Assembly (NCBI RefSeq): GCF_009914755.1
Contig: NC_060925.1
DNA: 64,000 bases
From: the human T2T-CHM13v2.0 reference genome, Homo sapiens
Strand: one strand, 5' to 3'
The translations under genes and the position numbers were made by a program. Shown one piece after another: positions 1-9,415 of this stretch. How positions within the stretch are numbered: position 1 is the stretch's first letter; the number at the start of each line of letters is the position of its first letter. The notes under the pieces were generated by a model. That model had not been told where the DNA came from. It saw only the letters and a program-made list of their open reading frames with translations, and searched no databases.

Positions 1-353
1 CGTATACAAAGTGGGATTATGTTTGAAATGTTCTGGGGATGCTCTGGACTTAGAGGAAACATGTATCAGTGAAAAAGTCACAGGGAAAGTCATACCCATC
101 CCCGATTCCTCTTTGTTGGGTTTGGACGGGCCCTCAAGCCCTGGCGGAGGTTAGCATAAGCTGCCCCTCACTTTCACTGCTGGGCCATTGAAAGGAAAGG
201 GCTGGTCCCCGAGAAGGGTCAAGGCAGGGCTATTTTGTTCTCCAGCAGCAAAGCAAAGAATGCTGGAGGAAACCACCCAAGCGACAAGCTCTGCAGAGGG
301 CAACTGGAGGCTGAGTCTAAAAACAAAAGTGGAGGAGCCCATCTCCTTGGAGC

Positions 354-381
354 TGTTTATATTACATAACTCAAATAAACA
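354..381. promoter_or_regulatory. Candidate enhancer core: FOX site, PAR-bZIP/NFIL3 D-box, FOX site
   Basis: TGTTTAT (354-360), ATTACATAAC (361-370, reverse complement GTTATGTAAT = RTTAYGTAAY) and AAATAAACA (373-381) packed into 28 bp of non-repeat sequence. Motif match only. Confidence 0.4.
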
Positions 382-883
382 CAGCAGTTCAGGAACAGTT
401 CCCTTGGCGAGGGCCAGGACCATGAGAGGCCGACAAAGGGCGTCTCCTTCAGCCACCCTGGTCAGAAATGGCTTCTTTAAAACAACAATAATAACAATAC
501 ACAGGGACTTGCCAGTCCAATTCAGCAGGGTGTCTTGAATACATCAGAGAGGAGTCGCTCTAATTAGGCCTTGTAAGGTCCCTTTATTTTCTCTAGCTAA
601 GGAAATAAATCCTAATCAGAGAGCCCAGAAAGAAGCAAAACTGACACAGGAATGGCTATTCTCATGTGCAGAGTAGGGAAAGGAAGCCCTTCCAGTGGGT
701 TTTCTCAGCACTCGAGAGCCGCTGTGAAGCTGGGCCAGTGCGACGACTGCTTCTTGGGCAATCGAGTAGTGGCTGGCTTTCTGTGACTTCAGCTCCTCTT
801 CAGTTCAGAGCGATGCAGGGGCCGCCAGCCTTCTGGGAAGCATTGGGCAGTTTACATGGAGTCTGTGTGAAGAATAATAATTT

Positions 884-912
884 AAAACAAACAAACAAAC
901 AAACAAACAAAA
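884..912 (+). repeat. (AAAC)n tetranucleotide microsatellite
   Basis: About 6-7 AAAC units read directly. Confidence 0.9.
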
Positions 913-2639
913 ATGGTTACTAACTCAGTAAATGACCTCAGGCCTGCAGGCCCAAAGTCTGAACAAAATCAATCTTGAATTGAGAGCAAGGCAAGAACCT
1001 ACTGAAACCTTTTTCATCAGTGCCCCTAAGTCTCCAGGGACAGCAACCCCTATCATATACCAGGGGCCGAGAATAGAAATAAAAATTGTGAACACAATCC
1101 TGAGCATGGGCTGATGGTACTAGCTGCCAACAACTGCCCCATTAGTAGGCTATGGGTACGTGCTAGGGAACATTTTCTCTACGAGGCTTGCATTTAAAAA
1201 TATATCTTTCTTCAAAGCTGGCCCGGGGAGTGGATGGCGAGGAAGAAGCCTTCTTTCTCCGTGCTTATTGGGCGCTAATTCATCCTGTGATTTGCTGCGG
1301 ATAGCTTACTTCTCTGAGCCTGCGTTTGCTGTGTGAGAATGACTGAGATCCTGTCTTTCAGCCAGTTAATGTTTTAGACAATTCCTGGATGAAAGCCACG
1401 CTCCAGAATTCGTCCCCCGCAGTGTGTTTCCTGGGTGCCCATGGGGCCAAGGAGGACAGAGGACGGTAGCTAAGGGTAACCCTCACTACTAAAGGCTCTC
1501 ACCTCTTCTTCCTCCTTGGATGTGTCCCTGAAGACATTTGTCTCTTGGTTTCTTTATTCTCAAAAGGAGGACAATTCCTACCCGCTCCCTAAGAATGTTT
1601 AGGAGTAATAGCTAACAGAAGTTATTTAAAAGTACCTGGCAAATAACATTCAGGACCAGGTGCTGAATGATCCCCTTCCTCACACCACCCTACCTAATGC
1701 ATTACCTATGTGCTCCCCTTTCAAATGCATTGCTGACAGACTGCCCTATGGGGTGTAAGGCTATTCTGTACAGAAGAGGTCTCTCGGGCTCCTCCAGAGA
1801 AGTTTGCTTTGCAGGAACCGCTGAAATCCTTACATGTCCAAACGCATGTTCTGGGTAGAAAAAAACAGGTGATGAGCTGTAAGGTAGAAGGCTGCCAGGA
1901 TCCACCCGTGGGCACCCAGGGTTTGGCACCCCTCTTTCCAGGGGGAAGCAAAAGTGAACCAATCAACACGACGAGGTCAAGTTCAAGTCTGCCTCAGTAA
2001 AACCCTGGGGACTTTCTTCTTGAAAAACAACTGGGACAGTGTGACAGCTGTTTAAGGATGCCAAAGAAAAGGGTCCCCGGGGAAACCTCCCCAAGGGCTA
2101 CTCTGCTTGCAGGAGTCTGTGATAAGTGACAAAAAAAAGACAGACAGTGAGAATAGGGCAAGCCAGGCCCAGGTGAATGCTCTGATTAGCTAGTGATCGG
2201 AGTGCCACAAAGATGTAAGATCTAGCAGTGACGACAATCATGATAATAACTACATTGATTATTATGGTTGTCATTGAGGCCTGTTAAACAATAGACTGCC
2301 TTTTAGCTGTGGCCCCTCTAAGAACATTTTACCCAGAAAAGTGTACCACATTGCAATCCTCACAGCCCCTTCCGTGGCTTCATTTGGTATGCTTACAAAT
2401 GAAACACAAATCAGGTTTTATGGTTGCTAGATACATATTTGCAACAACTTTAAAATCTGGTTCATGATGCAAGTTGTTCCTCACAGCAAATGCGTGGTGG
2501 GACGTCAGAACGACGACAAAGGTGGGAACAAAATCTCTGCCCAGAGAAGTGACGTGTTGGAGGCGAAAACAGATTGCATTTGCATGGCAGCCACTGCCAC
2601 TGAAACAGGCTGGAGAAATTCCTTTTATGGCAGGCACTG

Positions 2640-2800
2640 GACTTAGAACCCAAAGACCTGGATTTCATTATTGGCTCAGCCACCTCCCGGCAGTGTTAAC
2701 TGGGGCAGGTTAGTTAACCTTTCAGAGACTCGATGGTCTCACCTGTAAACTGGAGCTCAGGATACCTAGCTGTCAGGGTGGTTAGGATGGTCAAAGGGCA
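2640..2800 (+). mobile_element. MIR SINE remnant
   Basis: gacctggatttc...ggggcaggttagttaacctttcagagactc...ctcacctgtaaactgg resembles the MIR core. Confidence 0.6.
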
Positions 2801-3068
2801 CCCCCAGGAGCATGATAAACATGAGCTGAAACAGCGAAGTCGGAATCTGTATACAGACATGACCTGTCGCCTCTCGGAGCATTAACCCTCCCAGTGAACT
2901 GGCAGGAGAGGTCTCCTGTCTTACTTCTCGGAGCAGAGGCACAGAGCTGGGAAGTCGGCCTGCCCACCTCCCCTGAGAGCTGGCAAGAGAGCCAGGAATG
3001 GGATGCACGCACATGCCGTTTGATCCAGAGCTCTTGCTACCAGGCGCATGGCCTCTTTAACAGCTCAC

Positions 3069-3675
3069 CGGTTGTTGGATTTGCTTCCATTTTCTCCTGG
3101 GCCTAAATCGTTCCCCAGCTTCCAAGGGGCACTCCCTCTTTCACACTTGAGGGTACCACCCAGGGAACTGAAGGCTCGGAAAGAGTAGCAACAGGGAGTA
3201 ACATGGGCACCAGGGAGAAGGAGGCTTGTTATATTCTTTCTAGATGAATCTCCAGGCTGCGGCAGTCCCGGGCGAGTCCCAGGCCTGCCGCAAAACCTGT
3301 CCGCCGTGGGACTGCCTCAACATGCTGTTTGGGAAGTCAAGATGTTCAGTGTAAACTTTGTTCTCCCTTCCCTTTCTTCGGGGATTCACAGAGGCAGCTC
3401 TTCCAGGGCCTTCCTCTCCAAGTCTTTCTGGTGCTGCAATCTGAGGTCACACACCCTGGAACACGACTTCTCTGTCAGAACAAGCCCGTGAAGCGGCTGT
3501 CCTATCCGAGAGGGCTGTGCAGCGGGTGGTGTTGGCCCTTGAGTTTGCCATGGTTTGGGTTTCTCAGTGGCACTATTTTTGGCAGATTTTTTTTTCCCTT
3601 GCTCTTTATCACAAGCCCGTCGGGGAAATGACAGCGGAATTGCAAGCTTGAATGGACTTGTTTGACAGGCCAACT
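3069..3675 (-). other. Candidate first (5') exon of a minus-strand gene whose body would lie left of the window; gene not identified
   Basis: Strong donor CCG|GTGAGC at 3069/3068. Strong-Kozak ATG (gagaaaATGG, 3090) encodes MEANPTT before the donor. TATA-like TTTAAAA at ~3700-3706, repeat-free sequence and locally elevated CpG. The 5' boundary is inferred. Confidence 0.45.
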
Positions 3676-3840
3676 TTCATCCTGAGCACTGCTGCTGACT
3701 TTTAAAAAGGAACTCTGAGAGGAGGATAGTAATTTCACACTAATTCCTTGCTGTAATTTGCTTTTGAGTATAAAATGTCGTGTTTCAATCACCCTAGCTG
3801 CGTGGTGTAAGGGAGAAGATGGGACACACGTGTGGTTAAT
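3570..3840 (-). promoter_or_regulatory. Candidate non-CpG-island promoter
   Basis: MEF2-type CCAAAAATAG (3573-3582, minus), TGATAA (~3605-3610, minus), two TGACAG, TATA-like element ~3700, and CACGTG E-box (3827-3832) overlapping RUNX-type TGTGGTT (3831-3837). Confidence 0.45.
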
Positions 3841-5589
3841 GTGTTTGTAATAGACACACACAAAGACACCACTTTGCTCTGAAGCAACAACACAGGAAAC
3901 ACTCATCCACACTTCAAGGGAATCTCCACCAGGTACAAACAAGCGCATTCAAAGGAATTCATAATACATTGCCAGCTTTGGCAGAAACAGAGAGCTCCTT
4001 TAAACAGAAAATCTCACGCTTGACATCTCCATCATCCAAGCGTTTATGAGAATATCTTTATCCCCCAGGCTGCATTATGGAGAGGAATTGGGGTGGTTTT
4101 AGGCAAACCCCAAAAGTAGGAGGGTCTGAAACCCTGGATGGACTTAATGCATTGGGGGAACAGATCAGGTTCAGCTGAGGAAAGTGAAATTCATCTGGGA
4201 GAAGGGTAAGTTAATAGGTACTGGCCAAAAGGGAAATAGCCTCCACGCTGAAGAGAGCTGATGAGGCTGTGCTTGGAAAATCCCCTAAGAAAAAAACTAC
4301 AGGGTCTCACAGAGAAGCCAGTGGTGAGGGCTTTGCCCAGTTTAGAAGCAGGAAGCAACAACTTTTTCTGATTTATTAATCTGCACATGGAAGCACCCTA
4401 ATCCCATCCCTTCACCAACTCTCACCGCACTTAACTATCCTGGCCACACTGCCTGACATTTCATTTTTCTCCCGGGATGGCCGCTAATATTTCACATACT
4501 TAGTCTTGCTCTCACCTAGATTATAAATTCCTCGAGGTCAGGAGTCAATATCCAGCCCCAGGCTCCTTCCCAGGACTCCGTAACTCCCTGGAGGATTGCA
4601 GAGCCCTTCACACATTGTTCGCAAGGCTTCTGAAACAATGGCAAGATTGCACAAGGGCCAGGAAGGGTATTTTTAGAACAGATCCAAGCTCTTTGGTGGG
4701 CCCTCAGGCTGTTTACCACCTAACCTGACCGCCTTTGGTGTCCTTCTGGCCCTGGCTCCATATGCCGTGTGCTCCAGCTGAGCAAAACTAAATGCTCTCA
4801 TGCCTCCGTGTCTTTGCACGTGCTGTTCCCTCTGCCAGCTGCCCTTGCCCCTTCTTGCATCTGTGGACTGTCTTTCAGCTCTAGGCCGCCTTCTCTCTCC
4901 CCACGGAACTGCCAGCATCCCTTAGGCAGAGCTGATGGTGCCTCACTCTGTGGGTCCAGGGTGCTTTCTGGAGGCCTTAATGGGGAGGCAGGGCCAGCTG
5001 CCAGTCATCAGGTTGGTACAGCCATCGGGTTGGTACTGCCTGGTTGGCAGGCCTGTCTTTTCAGTTAGCCTGAGACTGCCTTGAGGCCAGGGCTACCTTC
5101 CTCCCTGTCTCTAAGTTCTTGGCCCCCAGCACAGTGCCTGGCACTCAGCAAATGTTTCTTGAATGAATGTGCTTCCCATGTTGGGCAGATCATGACGAAG
5201 GCAATAGCAGGGCCCAGTGTGTAATGCGAGGACAGCAAAAAGGGACCCTGCTTTGAGACCAGAGATGCTTCACAGGGAAGCCACATCTGGAGCCCTTCCT
5301 GATAAGCTGGGTCAACTGGGACCGCTCCTAGACAGGGTGTTTGAGGAGGTGGTGCTTGCTTTAGGCAGCCCCAGCCTCATTCTGAGAGCTTGTTCCACTT
5401 TGAGGATTTCTCTGTTTTCCATTTCCAAATCTTTATGCTATCCCTCAGTTACACTTGCTCAAAGGGTGATTGCTAGCAGTCTCCGAAGATAGGCTAAGAG
5501 GTGTGGGTAAGCGGCAGTGTGCTGGGGTTGGGGATGGGGGGACAGGGCATTGCCCGGGCTGTGTGGGAGGCAGGAGCGAGATGATGAAG

Positions 5590-5970
5590 ATTCTGGACTC
5601 CAAGCTGGCCCCAGATGCCAGCCCACCTTGTGTGATACACTGAGAGTGCCTCAGTTTCCCTGCCTGTTAAACAGTAATGGCTCCTTCATTGAGTTGTTCT
5701 GAAAAATCAAGTTAGTACAAAGGAAGCACAGAAAGTGTGCCTGACACAGGCAATCTCTCACTGCATGCCAGCTCCTGGCATTTGGAATCTGAAGATGGAA
5801 TCCAGTCTGACTTCCTTCACTCGCAAGTTGTCCAAGTCACCTCACCTCCCCATTCATGTTCTCATGTCTCTGAGATGAGGATAATAAGGCTGACCTTGCC
5901 GGCTGTTGGGAGAATCAGATAATCAGAGAGTGGAGTGAGTGCATTTTGCAAGCTACAAGGTGCCTTCCCA
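5590..5970 (+). mobile_element. Two adjacent MIR remnants
   Basis: gtgcctcagtttccctgcctgttaaac and caagtcacctcacctccc...tctgagatgaggataataagg resemble MIR core segments. Confidence 0.55.
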
Positions 5971-6161
5971 AGGGAAGCGTGAAGTCACCTGGGTGAAGGT
6001 ATTGGGAAGTGAGGCCCTGTCACAGATCCTGCCCCACAAGAGCTACCCCTGTAAGGAATCAATGACTCGGTATTAACCATGCTTTTAATTTCTGTAAAGT
6101 GATGCATTGACATCCACCTAAGGCCCTATTTGCCAACCTAAGCCAATTGTGACTCACCCGT

Positions 6162-6581
6162 TGCAATGGTTAACTTTATGTGTCAAGTTGGCTGGGCTGT
6201 GCTGCCTGGATGTGTGGTCCAACATTATTCAGAATGTTTCTGTGGGAGTGTTTTTGAAAGAGATTAACATTTAAATCAGCAGGCTTTGAGCAAAGCAGGT
6301 GGCCCTCCATGTTGCAGGTGGGCCTCATCCAATCAACTGAAGGCTCCAGTAGAGCCAAGCCTGACCCTAGGAAGAGAATTCTGCCAGTGGACGGTCTTCT
6401 AACTTGAACTGCAACATCATCTCCCTGGGTCTCCAGCCTGCTGGAGATTTTGGACTTTTCAGCCTCCATAATAATGTGAGCCAATTCCTTAAAATGTCTC
6501 TCTCTCTCCCTCTCTTCACCCATCCTTCCGCTCCGCATGCTTCTATTGATTCTGTTTCTCTGGAGAACCCTGGCTAATATA
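6162..6581 (+). mobile_element. MLT2-family (ERVL) solo LTR with perfect 5-bp TSD
   Basis: Starts tgcaatggttaactttatgtgtcaag and ends tctgtttctctggagaaccctggctaatata (MLT2 termini). Flanked by CCCGT at 6157-6161 and 6582-6586. Confidence 0.9.
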
Positions 6582-6689
6582 CCCGTAGACATCTGGAGTC
6601 CTCAGATAACTTTAAACTCTACACTCTGACAGTCACAGTAAAGGTGAATTTCGCAGGGGTGCCACTTGCAAACACAGCTAGCCGGTCCC

Positions 6690-6970
6690 GAGCCCGCACA
6701 CCCTGCCTTGCTTTTCCTTCCCATGGAAACCACCCTAACAGCTCCTGCCACTGTCCCACTCTCCCTCTGGCTCCTGACCCACCCCGAGGGTGGCCCTGTG
6801 GTCCTGCACGCTGTGCCACTGTGGCCCTGCACGCTGTGCCACTGTGGCTCTGCATGCTGTGCTGTGTTCTCCCAGGCAACTGTGAGAATACTAAATCTTT
6901 CAACTTTCTCCATCTCTCTCCCGACCTCGCCTGGGCTTCCTGCACCTCCTCCAAGGTAATGTGATGAGAC
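6690..6970 (+). mobile_element. Old ERVL LTR fragment (MER73/MER74-like)
   Basis: ccttgcttttccttcccatggaaaccac...ctcctgacccacc...gcaactgtgagaatactaaatctttcaa resembles the 3' half of these LTRs. Family assignment from memory. Confidence 0.45.
6796..6862 (+). repeat. 23-bp tandem repeat, ~2.9 copies (ctgtggccctgcacgctgtgcca)
   Basis: Units at 6796-6818, 6819-6841 and 6842-6862. Confidence 0.9.
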
Positions 6971-7860
6971 AGACTGTGATTGCAGCCCAGTGCCAGCGAA
7001 ACTGTGGGCCAGCCCTGGCCCAGAGCTGGGCAAGTGAGTTATTTGTCCCTGTCACGTGGTGCTCTGCCAGCTGCGACGGTGCTATTCTATGTGAGATCTG
7101 GGGCTGATAGAAATGATGGCAAACTTCTTGAGCAGCTTAGGCTAAAAGAATTGGTCTTTGCATAAAACAGAAATTGTCATCATCATTATAAACACTATCC
7201 TGGCCCTCCAGAGAGCCCAGATGAGCTGTGTTCTTGGTGAGGACAAATGTCCTTCCAGAAGAGGGGTATTTATTGGCTCTTCAGGTCCCAGAGAAGTCCC
7301 AATCCCCCATGCAGGAAGGATTCCAGAAGCATCCATGTCTGAGGATAGGAACCTATCTCAGAGCAGAGCTCGCTCGCTGCACCTAGGGGAAGAGGAGGAC
7401 AGTTGCTTTCCAGAAAAAAGTTAATTTACCCTGAGTGATTCATAAAGTTGCAGAATCACAGAATTACAGAACCTTAGAATTTCAGAGGCTGAAAGGGATC
7501 TAACAGGGCATCCGGGTCCAATACCCCTCATTTTAAGCAAGAAAAAAAAAAATAATTCCAATTAAAATACAGCCCTCCACTCGTCTGCAGTTTCTATATA
7601 GAGCCCCAGATGAATGCTAATTAGAAGACTGGTTGGAAGAACAGCTTTTTCCTACAACCGGTGTTCATTTTGTGGGATTTCTCACTGTTGATTAATTAAT
7701 GTAAGCATCCGTCCATTCACCTGTTTGTCTGTTCACCTGTCTATTCATTGCTGCATCCATTCCTCACCCCAGTAAAAAATTGAGGCAGTTACATCAAGAA
7801 TACAGACATGGTTTGCTCTCCCTCCCTCCTCCTTCCTTTTTGTTTTTCTCTCCCATCCAG

Positions 7861-8165
7861 GATGAAGACGAGCTAGCTCTGCGCATGTGTGCGTGTGGGA
7901 GAAAGGCCAGTTGCAGTCAGTGTCACGGTGCTGTTTTTGAAACTCTGCAGGTCCCTCATAGGCCGGCTGATATCACCCATGCCAGGATTGCTTGGCCTTG
8001 ACAGAGCCTGTGTTAGAAGGGACTATCATGAAGGTATCCAAGATACTAAAGGGCTGAAACAAGCCCCTCTCTTGTCTTCACAGTATCTTCCAGTGGCAGA
8101 CAGGAGGCCACTGGATGAAGCTGAGGACAAATAAATGTCAATAAACCACCACTGGGAGCTGCTGC
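7861..8165 (+). ncRNA. Candidate terminal exon of a plus-strand lncRNA
   Basis: About 45-nt polypyrimidine tract ending CAG at 7860, then tandem AATAAA at 8130-8135 and 8140-8145. No transcript evidence available. Confidence 0.25.
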
Positions 8166-8926
8166 TCCCCCATTTCCCGTGGCCTGCAGGGGGTCACTGA
8201 GTTAAATGTTACAGCTGATTGTGAAAGGGACCTGGTGAATCCATGATCAATAATGACATTGGTTTTTACACGAGCTAAGATAAGGGTAATTAAATCTTGT
8301 GCTTCAGGCCATATAAACTGATCTCCACAGGAGGGCAAGAATTAATTTAATTCCACACACACAACCCCTTCCAACCCCTCTGACAGCTTTAGTATAATGG
8401 ACTCAGTGCAGGATGGGGAAGATAGAGCACCAGGTATTAACCACCACACCTATCGGGAGCTTGAACTTGATGGGCCTCGTGGCTGGTCCAGGGCAGCAAA
8501 TCCAGAGCTGCTTACAGCTTCTCTCTGTGCTGGGTTTATTACATACAATCTGTACAGGGGCTGTTTCCACACTTAATGGCAGTCCTGAATCACTATCTAT
8601 TTCCCATCCTTGCCTGCAAAACAGCAACCCAGAGCTAGTGCTATGCCGTCAATACCGGGCCCCATAAAGCCACTGCTGTATAGATTTGCCTTTTTGTGCA
8701 TGTGCGTCTGATTCACGAGCACTTTGGCAGCCTTCCAGGCTTGAGGAGAGGAAAAAAACATCCTGAGCATCCCAACAGCCTCATTTTGATCTGTGATACT
8801 GAGCAACTCATTTCCACTTCACAGGCTCTGCTGAGCTGTGCCACAGAAAGACAAATCCCAGATGTGGCAGGGGTGGGAGGCGGTGGAGGGAGAGGGGCTG
8901 GCTGGAAGGAAGGAGGGTGCAGGAGA

Positions 8927-8961
8927 GGGAGGGAGGGAGGGAGGGCCAAGGGAAGGGAGGG
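8927..8961 (+). other. G-quadruplex-forming tract (GGGA)4GGG plus three further G3 runs
   Basis: G3 runs at 8927, 8931, 8935, 8939 and 8943 with 1-nt loops, then at 8950, 8955 and 8959. Confidence 0.7.
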
Positions 8962-9092
8962 AAGATGAAAGCAGAAAAGGGCCACATTTATTAAGCTGTT
9001 TTTCTTTTGGTGAAAAGAAGCATTTATCAGTGATTTCATATATCATGTGAGAGGTGGCTTCCTGCCAATTTCCAAGAATCCAAACAACCCGC

Positions 9093-9115
9093 TGACATCA
9101 TATGCTAAATATAGC
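9093..9115. promoter_or_regulatory. Composite motif: CRE-like/MEIS TGACATCA, E-box CATATG, perfect MEF2 CTAAATATAG
   Basis: TGACATCATATGCTAAATATAGC read directly. MEF2 consensus CTA(A/T)4TAG at 9105-9114. Confidence 0.5.
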
Positions 9116-9381
9116 TCAGGCTTTGCTTTAGGTGAACAAATAATGCCGCTGGACAGGAATAGGTTCTCTTCAGTTACATGGTTATTATGATCGGCTGTCA
9201 GGCTTGTGTAATCAAAAGAATCATGTCCAGTTCCAAGGAGGAATGGTGCAAAGAACTCATCAAACAATTTCGGGAGATGACTGATGAACCCCTATTCCTC
9301 CTGCCTTCCCAGGTGGCCGGCTGAGCCTGGCTGCTGGAGGAAAGGTGGGCAACTCTGTTGTTGCAGGTCTTCAAAGCCCTG

Positions 9382-9414
<33 letters not shown>

Positions 9415-9415
9415 C
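9382..9415 (+). repeat. (TG)13(CG)3 alternating purine-pyrimidine microsatellite
   Basis: Read directly. Confidence 0.95.

Noticed and set aside
151-456. ORF starting MAEG, superficially like the FGF1 N-terminus
   Set aside because: It starts at GTG, similarity ends after four residues, and no FGF domain follows.
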